In this document: positions 23,057 through 38,192 of the stretch, piece by piece | Position numbering within the stretch: position 1 is the stretch's first letter | Layout of the letters: each line of letters begins with the position of its first letter | NCBI RefSeq assembly: GCF_018350175.1 | Contig: NC_058368.1 | Span: 65,846,001 to 65,910,000, forward strand | Reading direction: 5' to 3' | Length of the DNA: 64,000 nt | Origin: Felis catus | Taxonomy: Eukaryota | Notes under the pieces: model-generated | Told to the model about the DNA's origin: nothing | Databases searched by the model: none | What the model saw: the letters and a program-made list of their open reading frames with translations, nothing else | Program-made: the position numbers and the translations under genes

Positions 23057-23266
23057 GGGGCACCTGGGTGGCGCAGTCGGTTAAGCGTCCGACTTCAGCC
23101 AGGTCACGATCTCGCGGTCCGTGAGTTCGAGCCCCGCGTCAGGCTCTGGGCTGATGGCTCGGAGCCTGGAGCCTGTTTCCGATTCTGTGTCTCCCTCTCT
23201 CTCTGCCCCTCCCCCATTCATGCTCTGTCTCTCTCTGTCCCCAAAAAAATAAATAAACGTTGAAAA
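23057..23266 (+). mobile_element. Young felid SINEC_Fc
   Basis: Perfect 15-bp TSD aaaaactttatatct at 23042-23056 and 23267-23281. Confidence 0.96.
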
Positions 23267-23809
23267 AAAAACTTTATATCTAACTGTGCTGTCACAGCTC
23301 AGAGTTTTCGAGTACACTCTGCTTCTTCCTTCTGTTGTCTGCGTTATGTTCTTAAATGACACCCTGGTTACTCGGTAGACGTTTTCTTTCCCTTCAGCTG
23401 TAATTAGCTCGGGTGTTATTGGACCCTATTCCTTTCTCTTCCCAGGCTCTACCCTTCCTTCCTCATCATGGGGTGAGCTCACTTCCTGTCATCAAGGAAG
23501 GCAGAAGGTGCCTGTGGAGGTAGTGTTAGATGCTGGAAAAGAAAAAGGTACAGGGAAAAGGCAAAGAGACCCACATACTCTTATTCCCCAATACCACAGC
23601 TAGCAAGCCTCACATTTTGACCAGTGCTGTGCTCTCGTCCCAAGACCCGCACATCGGTGGTGGTCTACTTTGAGAAAAGAGAAATAAAGGAAAGGAAGGG
23701 AATAAAGAAACGGAAGAAGAGAATTGGGCTATGTGTACTATGGCTCCTCCGTGCGTCATCATTCTTCCTTCTCTGCCCATATATCCACCACTGTGCATGG
23801 ACTAAAATG

Positions 23810-23981
23810 AAAGTATTGGAGAATAGAGAAGAGATGTACACGGAGATCACTCGGGGAGCTTGAGGATATACTGACACCTGGATTCCACTCTCAGAGATTA
23901 TGGTTTAATCAGTATGGAATGCTACCTGACCACCAGGATTCTTCTAAGTGATTTTAATGGCAGCCAAGGGTGAGAACCACC
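23810..23981. mobile_element. MER5-family hAT MITE
   Basis: atcactcggggagctt...cagagattatggtttaatc...gcagccaagggtgagaaccac. Confidence 0.6.
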
Positions 23982-25971
23982 TAATTCTATAAAAAAGATA
24001 AATCAGTTTCATTAGGCTGTTCTTCCTGATTCTTCTTGAGCACCTATGCAATCTCTTCTTCCAAAAACTCCTGGCCCTTATCGTTGACTTTTCACCTACA
24101 TATTAGCTTTGGCCCCTCTTTCCAGAGTTCACCTGTAGTGGTTTGGTATTGCAGCTTTTTTTCCACCCCTGGCCCAACAAGTAGCTGGGTGAAGAAGTAA
24201 GGGGAGCTGAACAAAGAACTGGATTTGGGAACAGAAAAATATTCAACCCAAATTTTGAAACCTAAACCCCCCCCAAAAAAAAACCCAACCCCCCCAAAAA
24301 AATCTTGCTTTTTTTTTCACTTAAGGAAAACAAAAATTTGGCAATAACTTTAAAATCTGTAATTGTGGTGCCTCCTTGGCTAAACATGCTGTGGATCATG
24401 TCATCTCTGAAAGATAAATGGGTCATGGGCAAGGACTAAAGGCATTTTCTGTAGGCCAAAACCAAGGAACTGTGCAGTGATTCAAGTGAAGTCTGAAAAC
24501 ATCTCAGCTTTTAATTTCATATGCATTGCTTAGGGTGAGATGGAAATACCGTCTGCAGGCTCCAAACAGTTGTTTGCTTTGGGCAGCAACCGTCAGCAGA
24601 TTTCAAATTCAATTCATGATTCGCAGAATTAATAGTTTATCTATACCACCTTGTGAACATAAATGGCCTAATCAGTCTTTCTTACTTTAAAAGATATCTT
24701 CTGGAGAAATAAGCTACCAAGAAATAAACCATTTATCAATCTAATGTGTAAAGGATCGCTAAGTATAGAAAAAAAAAGTTTAACCTTGGGAAATGTGCAT
24801 TCAAGCCAACAATTTCTATAAACTGCCTTATTGCTTCAAATCTCCCTATATCAACCAATTACATAGATGCTGCTTTCCAGGGAACTTTCCTTTTTGCATC
24901 TGAATCACACCCCTGATTCGGAAAAGTCTCCTGGAATTTATTCTCTTCAGGTGACTTAATTTAATCGTATTAAATTGGAGGACTTTGTTGCAAGGTATTG
25001 ATTATTTTTAACAAACACTCATGATTGTAAACTGATGACTTTTCATTAAAATTGTCTTCATGGAATGGCCTAGTTGATTAGATTAGATACATTGGAGAAA
25101 TATAAAGTGGTGATGTCCAATTGACCTGAATAATGTATTTTAAAAGACATTGTTATATCCTTGGTTTTCTTGATTTATTGGTTAGGGGTATTTCCCTAGA
25201 ACCCTTATGTTTCCACTTATTTAAGATCTAATTTATAAGAGTTTCCAACTCACAGTGGGAGGAATACAATAAAAATAACCTTTGGATTCAAATAGTGAGC
25301 AATTTTTGTAGTATGTATTATAATATTTTTGATAACTGATACATTATTTTCTGAACCTATTTTTTTAGATTTATAGTGAGCATTGTGTTTTGTTATAGGG
25401 CCTTGTAAGATGTCAAAAGATAGTTTAAATTTCTGTTTTTATTAATTACCATAAAGAGAAAGTTAAAAAAGAAATTTTCTTTTATGAAAAATTTTCTTTT
25501 ATGAAAATTTATGAAATTTTCTTTATAATTTTATTGGTATTATATTTTTTCTTTTCCTTTTTCATTTTATACTGTCTACTTTATATGCCAAGTTTACTGT
25601 GGGATTTTCTCCTCATAAAAATTTCCAGGGACTCATTAGACCACAATGTTAGAAAATTTTAGGGGTGTCCACTCTAAAATCACTAAAGTCACCTAAATCC
25701 TCTAAATCATTAAAGTGATTTAAGAGTTTACTTTTGGATTTAAGTTACCTTGCAAGGGAATATAAAGAGATGAATGGGCTACAGAGTTGTCAAAGCAAAC
25801 TTTAACATATAAGATAAAAATAATGGAGAAAAGGAATTTTTATTCTACTACTTAGAGATAACAGACTAATAATTAAGTTGTCTTCCTACCTACAAGAAAT
25901 GAAAGGCATAATACATTTTGTTGAGTTAATTTATCTTCAAACATTTCACTTATGATTTTGACCCTTTATGC

Positions 25972-26105
25972 CAGGGATTGGCAAAGTTTTTCTGTAAAGG
26001 CATGGATATTACATATTTAGGGTATTTCGAACAACATAAATTCTTTGTTGCATATTCCTCTTCGTTGACATTGGTATTTTATTTGATTTTAGTCAAACAT
26101 TTAAA
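25972..26105 (+). mobile_element. MER58-like hAT fragment
   Basis: cagggattggcaaagtttttctgtaaagg...atatttagg matches the MER58 terminus. Confidence 0.65.
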
Positions 26106-28118
26106 TGTATAGGTGAATGTGTTCACAGACATGTATACTTGTTGCTAATGTACATATATCTTAAAACACTATATACGATATATGTGAGCAAATATCATAA
26201 AATGCGGCATATCTGTAGTCAAATAATTTCAGCCTCCTTTTGTGCGCCACTGTTCTGTGTACTGTAGCTATAATCCCAGAATCTGTGACTGATTTTTTTC
26301 TAGTGGAAGCCACCCCTTTAAGAAAGCTACACCAAATCGAGGGATATAAGTATGCCCTCCAGTCTGTTATCTACATTAGTACTAATTAGTATTAGTGGAG
26401 AAAGTAATCACACCTGAAAATTATTTGTAATAAATAATTTAGATTTGACTTTAGAGTGCATTTTGCACATTTATATATGGTTTTACGCCCTCAGAGTTTA
26501 TGATACTTCTCATTAATTTTCAAATCAGAGTGTGAAAATTTGACTTAGGATAAACTACAAAGCCACCCCACTGGCCTGCTCTTAGAATTCATCCTTTCTC
26601 TTAATGGTTGGGAGCTCTGGGTTGCATGCTAGTTCAGTGGTCTAGGGCAACTGGTTTCTGCTTATTTCTGAGCCCCCGCTTTCTCATCTGCAAACTCGAT
26701 ATACTAACATTGAGTATGTAAAGCCCGTCATAACCATGCTTGACGTTGTGTTTGATGTCCATTATACATCAGGCAACTGTTTAGGTCCTATCTCTAGCTA
26801 TGCTTGAAATTACCATCTTTCGTTGTTTCAAATTCATTTGTCCTCTTCATTTAAGTTTGGTATCTTGACTTTCCTCCAAAACTGTAACAGAGACAAATGG
26901 GAATAATGAAGATATTGTGTTACTGTATTGATTGCATTTTAAATCAGTTTGTGTTGGGGGTGGGGAGCTCTAAAGTGACAGAAATTCATTTAAATAATCC
27001 CTCAAACAGGAAAGATATAGATTACTATTACTAGAATCACTTTGAAATTATATAGGCTATTAATTCATGAAATGAATGGACTGAGTAACTCATAATGCTT
27101 ATTAAAATATAATAAATTTAGTCTATAGAAACATACATATATACACACAGCAAGAGAAAGTATGAATTAAGAGATAAAGAAGTCATAAATCATAGAAGAA
27201 TTTTTGCTTACCGCAACATTGTCTCATAATGGAGATTATTATTTCTCTTTTTGAATAAATTATTATTTTGAAAATAATTTTATATAATTTTTCAACCTCA
27301 TAATTTCAAAAAATATATACTGAGGGTTTCTGTTTCTTACAGAAAAACACAACTGATGTTTAGGAAAAAAAGCAAAGGCAATGTAATAGACTATCTGTTA
27401 CAGATTCAAAAGTGGCTTGGGGGTTAATTCAAACATAACATTCAGGGCATTGCTTGGATGAGGTAAGCACTTCACTTTGCAGTTAAGTTCACTGGGCATT
27501 GCCAGTGAACGTGAATGCAGTCGGCTTGGTGAGATCACAGCCATGATGTCAGGGTCCAGCAGGGCCAGGCAGCAGGAGAGGCAGTAATGAAGCCAAGCAA
27601 AGAATAGCTCCGGACAAACAGAGCTGTCCAGAGAGGAAGTGAGGGTCTGGTAGGGCAGTCTTGTTGGACAGGGGCCACGAGGCCTTCTGTCTATAGATGC
27701 ACAGGAACTTGGAGCATGAGAGAATATGAATGTGTATGTATGTGTTACTGTACAAGAGTTTGGAGAATGTCAGGAGGCCGTATTCATCATGTCCTGCTCT
27801 ACAATGAGGTGTAGCATCTTCCTTCCTCTAAGGTGGGTCCGTGAAGTTATCACTAAGAGGAGCCCAGACCAGATAGAGTCAAGGTGTGTTTCACTGGATG
27901 TTCATGTTCATCTGTCTATCTACTTACTCACTATTCACCAACTATTAAGGCCCTGACATATGACAGGCACCGCACCATACATGGAAGTGGTAATATTGGC
28001 CACCAACAATTTTATCCATGAATATAATGCGTATTTCAGCCCTTTCACCAAAGGAACGGCTCCTCGAGTTTATCTTGAAAGTAAATTGTGGGGTTTTCTT
28101 TCTATAAATATGCTAGTC

Positions 28119-28347
28119 TTTTCTTTTTTTTTTCTTTTTTCTTTTTTAATGTTTATTAATTTTTGAGAGAGACAGAGACAGAGTGTGAGCAGGGGAGGGG
28201 CAGAGAGAAAGGGAGACAGAATCCGGAACAGGCTCCAGGCTCCAAGCTGTCAGCACAGAGCTCGATGCAGGCTCAAATTCACAAACCGTAAGATCATGAC
28301 CTGAGCTGTAATTGGATGCTCAACCGACTGAGCCACCCAGGCACCCC
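28119..28347 (-). mobile_element. CanSINE inserted in the tail of the adjacent SINE
   Basis: Reverse-complement CanSINE with a long T tail. Confidence 0.92.
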
Positions 28348-28372
28348 TTTTAAAAATTTTTTTAATGTCTAT

Positions 28373-28428
<56 letters not shown>

Positions 28429-28589
28429 TGGGGGAGGGGCCGAGAGAGAGGAGAGAGAAAGTCCCAGACAGGCTCCACTCTGTCAGCACAGTGCCTGATG
28501 TGGGGCTCAAACTCACGAAACCATGAGATCATGACCTGAGCAGAGATCAAGAGTCAGTCGCTTAACCAACTGAGCCACCCGGGTGCCCC
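28348..28589 (-). mobile_element. CanSINE with long (GA)n
   Basis: Reverse-complement CanSINE; degenerate TSD a(t/c)atgc..a.tctttt at about 28108 and 28591 brackets both SINEs. Confidence 0.92.
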
Positions 28590-28659
28590 AACATGCCAAT
28601 CTTTTTTCTCTATGTTTTGGTATCCTATTTTTAGGCTTCTGAAATTTATCAGTAGAAAG

Positions 28660-28883
28660 TTAACTCTCAGCGGGTAGATTAAGAGTGGTTCTGTCTCCCC
28701 AAGGGATTTTTGATGATGTCTGGAGACACTTTTGGTTGTCAGTACTGGGGGTAGGATGTGCTTTTGGCATCTAGTACACGGGGCCAGGGATGATACTTGA
28801 TATCCTCGAGTGCAGGGGACAGACCCACAACAACAAAGATTTCCCAGTTCACAGTGTCAATGATACTAAGGCCGAGATCCCTG
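28660..28883. mobile_element. MER20 hAT-Charlie element
   Basis: atgtctggagacacttttggttgtca...tggcatctagt...ggccagggatg...acaacaaaga...gtgtcaat. Confidence 0.8.
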
Positions 28884-29658
28884 ATACAGAGGACTGGCAT
28901 CTAACTGTCCCTTCCACTTAAAGCTACACCTTGCCAAGGATGACACTTCATGTGCCAAGCACTCCCTGAGCAACAGCAATGTTTATCTCTTCTCACAGAG
29001 TCTCACGCCCTGGAGAATGGGAAGAGATAGGCCATTTAGGAATCATGTATTCTTGCCCTCAAAGTCTAACACAGAAGAGCGTAAAGGGTGCTGCTTCTTC
29101 TTCCATGAATGCTCTTCATTAACTCACTGTTTTCCTAGTGGTCAGATCCGGCTATTATGTAAGCAAGGAGACTTCTGAAAGGAGAAATCATCTCACAAAC
29201 TGTACCTGAACACTGACAGATTATGCAGAATGAGGAAGGACAGCCATATTGACTTATCCTTGAAAAAAGCATGGGGGATGGGGTGCAGGGTGGTAACACT
29301 ATTGTGTCTGTGAATCATAACCCTTACTGTACATCCACTTTCCAAACCATTTTACCCTCCATGACAGCTCCTCTGGGTCTTTCCTTAACCAGACCTTGGA
29401 CTCTGGGCTGACTGAACTCATTTAACATGCTTTTGTGGAGGGAAGGGTAGAAAGAAAGAGATTAGGAGACAAATACACTTAACATGAATATGTGGGTTTA
29501 AAGAAGCAAATTTAGGATACCTGCTTCCCCTGCCAGGACACGTGCTATCTGTGACCATGTACAGATATGGTCTCCACTGACCAGGACCAAAGCCTTTCAC
29601 ATTCACTGGGTTATGCGATCACAGGAACTTATATCACCATCTTGAAGCACTCATTTTA

Positions 29659-29711
29659 TTTTTTATTTCTTTTAAATTTTTTAACATTTATTTATTTTTG
29701 AGAGAGAAAGG

Positions 29712-29767
<56 letters not shown>

Positions 29768-29894
29768 ATCCGAAGCAGGCTCCAGGCTCTGAGCTGTCAG
29801 CACAGAGCCTGATATGGGGCTTGAACCCACAGACCGTGAGATCATGACCTGAGCCAAAGTCAGACACTTAACTGACTGGGCCACCCAGGCGCCC
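29659..29894 (-). mobile_element. CanSINE
   Basis: Perfect TSD cttgaagcactcatttta at 29641-29658 and 29895-29912. Confidence 0.95.
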
Positions 29895-32800
29895 CTTGAA
29901 GCACTCATTTTAAACAAGCTTTCAATGAGAAGTATGTGGGAAAGCATGAGAGCAGGAAAATGCTGCAATTTCTAGGTAAATGCTATACAGCACCTAATCC
30001 AGTCCCCATGTCCATTTCGCTTATAGAAGCATTAACGAGATATTTCCAGCTTGATTGGGCAAAGCTTTTGTGGTGTCCTTGGCCTGCAGATTCCTAGAGA
30101 GCCTCTTGTCTGCCTTTTCCTCTTGGTGGTCCCTCCCTTCAGCCCTGTGTGCACCTTACGTTTTGTTCCATTCATTTGGAGTCTGCATTTGAAGCCTTTC
30201 TCAGATATCCTTAGGGCAACTTTGGCTCTTCAGAGTTGATTTTTGCCCCTTCAGAGGCCTCTCCAAGTGATCAGGCAGCGTGCAGACTTTCTTTTTGCCT
30301 TTGGAACAGTGGTGGTTTTTATCTACAAGATTGTTCCCCCCACCCCCCGCCCCCTTGAAGCAATCTGCCCTGCAGCAAACAGATGTCTGTACCCAGATCT
30401 CCCTTCTAGATGAATAAGATCCTTCCAGGGGCTAATGCTGGTTGGAAAAAGTGCTTTCGTGCATCTATGAAGCATAACTGAGCCCTAAGCAACAACTTTT
30501 GATGTGTATTTTGTGAATGGGGAAGAGAAAAAAATCAAAAACATTTTTTTTCTGCCAAACTGTTTCTTGACATGAAAATTTTTGTTGACAGAAGGCCTTA
30601 CCCAACCTGAGGTTTGCCCTCGCCGATGAAACAAAGGTTGGATGGACATTGCTTTGCCTTACATTGTTCTTCAATTCCGTTCTCTGCGCTGTTTGGGCAT
30701 AATACTCCATCAGCAAAGTGGGGCTGATAACTGTCTTCCAAAACTCCATGCTGTTTGGTTTGCTGAGAAACAGTTTTCATCCAAGCATAAAATACTTTGT
30801 TCAAAGAGTCAACCTTCAAAAGGTGGAAGTCTAAGTCCACGGGCAGGCTAAAAATGAAATGAGTGTACTTATTTTGGGAGGACATTAGTTTTGCCTCAGT
30901 ACCTCAGATGCCCATCTTTCATAAGATCTAAGATCAATGTACCTTAAGGTAGCAACATTTGTCATAATTGCCTGATACATTAGCATCTTTCAATACCAAA
31001 TATTAACTTTGACTATGAGATCACTAAACCATGTAATGATTTTGAACAAGGAATAATAGCTTGACTTTTGAGGACCAGTGAAGCTAACAGCAAACTTTTG
31101 AGACAATGACATACTCTTAGACAGAATTTAAGCTTGGAACCTAATGAAATGTTTGTTGAGCCCTATTTATTGAAATAGGAGGACTTGGTTTCATTATTCA
31201 ATTATAAATACTAGTTTAGGCATATGGAAGCAAACCACATGACACAGAAAGGGAGCAGTCTGTTTTTAACTATTTAGCCTCAAAGCAGGCAGAAATCCCG
31301 CATCTTTCTATTCCCCGTATAAGGAGGGGAAGAGCCTAAGTAATGTCGTTTTCAGTAAAAGCAAACAATAAAAATTTCATCTTCATAGAGAAGCATTTGT
31401 ACCTCAAGTCCTTGCAGAGCGATGAGAATCAGAAGATTTTTTTTCCTTTTTTTTTAAACCTCTTTGAAAATCCAGACCACACTATTGATTACTAACTATT
31501 CATTGCTGAAGGCAGTACTCTGTATTCAATAAATTAAGCTTTAATTCCTGAGTCCAACAAAATAATTGACCTCCAAAAGAAGATAAATGAATAGGCTGTC
31601 CTGAGCTCATGATTAGAATCCACTTTCTAGTCTCATTATATTCGTATTTTTCAATTCAGTGATTTTTCCATTCTTTCTTAGTTTTGTTCACAATCTATAA
31701 CACCTTCCTCCCTGCTGCTCTATCACCAAGGCCAACCTCTTTCCATTCTTGGTTTTGAGAATGAAAGATTTTAATATGATATTTTTATAATTTAGTATTA
31801 ATATTGACAAATTAATACAGTTTCCATTTTAGGACAAGCTAGGTAACTAGTATTTCTGAAAACTTCTGAACTGTTCTTGATTTCATAAAATCCTAAATAA
31901 CATAGATGTACCATGCATAAATATTTTGATTAAGATAAGAAATATTTGGTGGCTTGTATAAGATCACACAGGATTTATAAACCATGACTTAGGAAATCCT
32001 TCAATTATTGCTGCCCCTGTAGCCACAGAATTTCTATATTTAAGAAAGTCTATTCTTTCATAGTAAGAAGGTAAACATGCGACTAGAGTCCTCTTTAAGG
32101 TTTGATGCTTTGGTTTCATTTGAAATCAAATATAAAATATCATTATTGCAGACACTATTTAAAGATCACAGCAGTAGTTCAATGTTAACATTATTCAGAA
32201 TTGAAGTAAATCAAGGTCTTCTGATAAAGCAGAAATAAGGTACAGCTTCCAAGGAAACTGTGGAGAGATTCGTGTCTTTTTTCCTTCAGTGTCTCAGGAG
32301 AAAATCCCCCAGGGTTCCAGAAAAAAGGAAGTTATTTGTTTTTGTTTGCATTCCTACTTTGATTCCTTGAGGCATCCTGGACTTGATTTGCCCTTCTATT
32401 ACCTGAGAAGGGTGCATAGTATCAGAGAGTAAAGAGAACTATGAGAGGTAAAACAGAATCCCTCTGATGTTGGGCACTTGGATTTATAAACTCAGAGGTA
32501 TTATCTCTTCATCGTCTTTTTTGCCACCCCAAATCACATTCTGCAAATGGGATAACACTTGAGTTGACTCTACCCAGGCTCACTTGGTGCAAATGGATAG
32601 GTGCCCCGCATGCCTGAAGCATGTCTTGAGGGAGCCTAACGTGAGCCCTGAAGAGGCTAACAGCACCCAGTGACGTTAATTTCTTATTTCTTGCATCCTG
32701 TAACTGAGTGTACTGCGGGGTAGCAGAGTTCATCTCTTGGTGTACTCTTTCATTGAGAACTTTTTAGGCAGAAATCCCAACAGCCCATATTTTATTCAAG

Positions 32801-33399
32801 TTCTATAAAATGATAGTTTACATTTATAATGGTAATGCAAAGTACTTCATAACTTTCTGATTCATTGTGGCAAACTAAATTATGTTCATTATATAGCTTT
32901 GGTATTAAGTGAATTTATTTGCATTATGAATCTCTGAACACTGATAATTGATTGCTATTTATAGCAACTACAAAGAGTCCAAAATATTACATTAATGTAA
33001 ATATCCCATTTATGAACTATTCCAAATAGCAGCAATTTAATTGAATTTAGTGTTAGAACAGATTTGTAAATAGACTGGCGCAAAAGTTTTTAGCCGTATG
33101 CATTTGTTATTATGTTAATGACAATACTTTGCAACGTACTTTGATTTGAGTTTAAATCAAATTAGGATTTTCTAAAATTTAACAATACATGAAAAAAGAA
33201 ACTAGCTACTTTGGAGGAGCAATAAATGATACACTCCTAATGTTAATGGATGTTCTTTCAAATAGAAATCATGTGGTCTTCTGTTTTCTTTGACTCGTAG
33301 ATCGTAGATGCAGGGCAAATCTTATTTAAAGGATTATCATCAATTCATTGATGCCTTAATCACAGGTTACGTTTTGTATGAAAGTTGTGTCTAAGTTAG

Positions 33400-33975
<576 letters not shown>

Positions 33976-36829
33976 TAGAGTAATCGGATAAACGTCAAGG
34001 TTTAATTCTGTTTTACTTTTTTTTCTTGCTTTGTATGAGAGAAGACAAGATTTCAATCCATTCCATGTTTGGAACATAGTGTCAATATTTATCAGCGATA
34101 TAGCATGAATGGTGCGGAAACAGGCGTCTTGTAACTATGACCACTTGGCACTTCTGAACAGAGTTTTAAGAATGATAAATAATCATGAAACAGTCCATCC
34201 GGAGGTTATAATCCTCTAGGAAGTCACAAGGTGATAGTCTTCATGAGGTTTTCAAGTAGAGACAAGTTGCTGTTCACACACCAGCTTCTGGCATTTCTTC
34301 TTCTTTATCACTTGCAAAAGTGGCCAAATTCCTCAGTAGTGGAGAAAGAACCCTTTGCTAACACCTGTAGAACTGGATTAGGGAGGAGTAATGAATACAA
34401 AGTATAGATTCTGGCAGGGAATTCCTTTTGTTATCCATTAGCTTTGAAATTCAACGCCTCATATTGCATCCGGCTTCTGAGCAAGATAAATCACTAATAC
34501 ACATCGCGCCTTTCCTTGAGGATGTCTCTAAACCTTTAATGCAAGGGGTCTTTCTCCACTGCTTTCTTTAAACATTGACTGTTTCCTGTGTGTAGGATGT
34601 TTGCCTTTGTTTAAATTCTTCCTTGACATTCAACTGTTCTTAGAAGACGGGCTTGCCCATTTATGAAGTCAGTCCAACAAATAAACTGAAAGATGATTAC
34701 TCTAAGACATAAAGTAAAAACAGCACATAACAGGAATCTGGTATTATGTCACCCAAAAAGGTCATATTTGTACAAAGATTAATGCCAAACACTACTTTCT
34801 TATTGCAGGGCTGTGGCAAAGACCCACATATTTCTCATAACTATTGGTGCTAACCTTCCATGTTTCTCTTTTCTCCACCTTCATGTCCTCAATATTTACA
34901 TCTTGGTATAAAGACTGTGTAAACCCTTAAAAAATGTGTCTCTGTGACACTATTTATAAATTCCATAGCCATCCATTTTTAAATTACCTATTCCTACTGA
35001 GTTTATTTGAGCATATGGAAAGAGGATTTTCAAGAGGCCTCTAAAAAGGATAATCACATGAGGCTTAATATAACATAAAGGCCATATAACTCTGATGTTA
35101 AAAATGATGTTTTTTTAAAATGAAAATCAGTAATATTCTGGATACCAAAGGAACTAGAGCCCCAAAAGTGGGTCGATAAGGAACTAGCCAGTTGGAATAG
35201 CAAAAGGAAATATGATCACCCAAGAAAGTCTGTAAAATATATAGAAGTACAAAAACTAAATATGTATCCCATATATTCTTAAGCAGAAAGTTTGTTTTTT
35301 TTTTAAAAAAAAAAGATAACTTTAGTCACAGAGACTTCAAATTGAAGTCTTTGCTTTTGCTGGAGAATGAAACACACAGCCGGCTTTTAAGAAACACAAG
35401 ATAAGAAATTCAAAGCGTGGATTGATCTGTGCAACATTCTGGACTCTTTACTTTGATTCTGTCTGAGTGTGAGTAACGTTTAGATGCACATATTTTGGCC
35501 TGGGGATGTTCTGGTGCAATAAGAGAATATTTTCTAGCAAAGTATCTAAAAAGTATCAGGGGAGACTGCTGCTGATTCTCTCTGAGTTCTCAGAAGATGG
35601 CATTAACAACTGCCCCTAGATGGCACCTCCCTTTTACCATTCCCTGACTATCTCAGTATGAGGTCTTTGTAGATCGAAATCGAATTTACTATTCTTCATG
35701 ACGTGGAGGTTGACATCATGGAGCAACCACCAGTAGAATATGGCTTTTAATTTTTTTCTGGACATGATGAGGGATATACTCTGTAACACTGTGATCTTGT
35801 TTCTCCTGATCTTTCCATGATCAGCATTCATTTGCTGAGCAGCTGCTGTGGATTTGTGATGTAGTTTGTGGTCATGTAACCATGGAATGCTGACTGTTCT
35901 ATGCAGATATTGGCTTGTCTGGCCTGAGTTTCATTAGCCCTAATCTAGTCAAATCATAAGTCCCATGCTGACATCTGGGTGCCACCTTGTAGAAAGATAA
36001 ACAGAGAGAAAGAGAGAGAGAGGGGGGTGTGGCTTAAAAGAAGCCGAACCTTTTTTTTTTCCTAAAATAATTTATGACTCAGGGATTTAAGTATATTACA
36101 AATGAACTTTCTCACCTAGTGATTACCAGAAGGTATGTAACTGACAAAACCAGAAATACGTCTACTAGGACTGTTGGTATGCTGGTATTTTTCAGCACCC
36201 AAACTATTTTTTGTAATAAGAATAAAAATTACAAGGACTCAATATTTTAAGAGAAAAAGCAAGAATGGTGTTGGAGGTAAAAGCCCTTCATAAATCTGGG
36301 GCGTCCCTGTGGCCCGTTACTGGAGGGATTTGAGTTGGCGAAATGATTGCAGAAGAGGTAAGGAATTCAACGCAATATTCCCAAATGGAGATCAACAAAC
36401 TAGGTTATCTGCTGCATCCTGGTTTGTGGAATACATTTTTTTCCTTCTGTTTCTTCTCTTTCAGTAGCTTCTCAAATCTTGGAAGATATCATTAATAGCT
36501 TCTAATTAATTGTTTTGACTGTAAAATGTATCCCTTTGGCAAAACACAGCCATTTGACACAAATGTTTTGACATGATGTTATAGGGAGTTTTTGTACCAG
36601 AAAAATGGAGGAATAATTTGGAGGCATCAACACAATAAGGGTTTAAACTTATCTTTGCCATCTTAGAGACAAAAGCCTTGTCTTCTTCTAGGCACTGAAT
36701 GAAGCAAGTTAATTCTAAGTAACTGTAACTGGAGATCTGGTTCTAGGAAGTGTTAAATGATCCTCGAGTGAATATCTGTGGTCAGTTAGCCAGGGTTCAT
36801 TTACTATGTGAATGACTAATTTTGAGAGT

Positions 36830-37450
36830 GCTGAGTGTTGACAAAATACAGAGATTTGGTAACTTTCATACTTTATTGGTGGAAGTATAAATGGATGTGT
36901 TCACTTTGGATAACAATTTGAAAATACCTGTATCACTGAAAAAGTATGTATCCCAACACTGCAGTTCTACCCCAGGAGTGGAACAGGCAGATATGTGTGT
37001 GTGTGTGCGGGCAGATAGGAAGAAGAATGTTCACAGCATTGGTTACAATAACATGAAAATTAGAAAAATCACAAATGTCCCATCGGCATACATGGTGATC
37101 TTGTCACACCATGAAATCCAATGGAGCATGGAAAATAACTGAACGATAGCCACCCTCATGGATGAATCACGGAAACGTCATTTTGAGAGAAAAACATTAT
37201 CAAAGAATACATACGATTTATATAAAGTTCAAATAACGTAAAACAAAGCAATACATTTTATTTTATTTCAGAATAAAAATATATGTGATAGAAGTCTGGG
37301 GAAAATTTTTAAAAATTGAAAACACAAACATTAGATGGTCATTTCCTTTAGGGGTTAGGCTTAGAGATATTATAAAGGCGGGTTATACAGGGATTTCTAA
37401 AGTTATTGGATAACATACTGTTTCTTAAGCTCTGGGCGATATGTGCAGTT
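36830..37450 (+). mobile_element. Old L1 (L1ME/L1MC-like) 3' end
   Basis: tggtggaagtataaatgg...aagaatgttcacagcattg...aaatgtccatc...catggatgaatc...tttatataaagttcaaa. Confidence 0.75.
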
Positions 37451-38142
37451 GGAGGGGTGGATTTAAAACCATTTTAATGAAAGAGATTCAAATGGTGAAG
37501 ACTTTGCCATTGTTCATCTCTGATTCTCTTCATCTGTGAAGATATGATCAAATCCCTGAGCTACCCCCAGTAGTTTATCAGACTTACTGCTGTTTGTAGA
37601 CTTGTTAACTGTTCACTTTCCATGCTCCATATTGTGCTAAACTACACCAGGTAAGCTTGGAAGGCAAAGCTCTAAACTGAAGATAAAAGCAAATTTTGAT
37701 AATGTAGTAGCCTGGAAAGAAAGAGTCTAGACTATTTCTTAGCATTGTCCCTTTATTGAAACACCACTCTCATACCCTTATATATACCCATTTATGAGTA
37801 GAAACATGGAAGCCAGCTTGTCAGACACTGTGAAGCACACAGACAGAGGGCTCCATTAAAGAGGTGTTAATGTTGTCTGCCTAGACCAAGCTTCAACTAT
37901 TTATCATGAAGGCAAATGTGGAAATGACTCTCCTGTCTTCACTGGTCCATCCTGATGGCTGTCATTCTGCTTTAATCAAAGTGACTTCTATGAGTAAAGA
38001 CTGTAAATTATGTCAGTAAAACTGCGTCAATTATGGAAGTCATTTCAATGATTTGTTCCAGACAGTTGGGTAGATAGTAGAGCTGGGATCCAGAGAACTT
38101 GCCCTATTGCCAAATACCGTCATGTATCCCTTGTCCATCTGT

Positions 38143-38192
38143 ATGTCCGTCCGTCCATCCATCCATCCATCCATCCATCCATTCACCTACCT
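38143..38192. repeat. (CCAT)n microsatellite
   Basis: Seen directly. Confidence 0.9.

Noticed and set aside
24330..25000. Unique stretch with an NF-kB-like GGGAACTTTCC (24880-24890)
   Set aside because: A single motif, and conservation cannot be assessed without alignments.
25471..25527. Repeats of gaaattttcttttat
   Set aside because: Low-complexity AT-rich slippage.
35295..35350. T10-A10 palindrome and 9-bp inverted repeat agacttcaa-a-ttgaagtct
   Set aside because: Short AT-rich palindromes are expected by chance in 64 kb and are too short for a miRNA hairpin.
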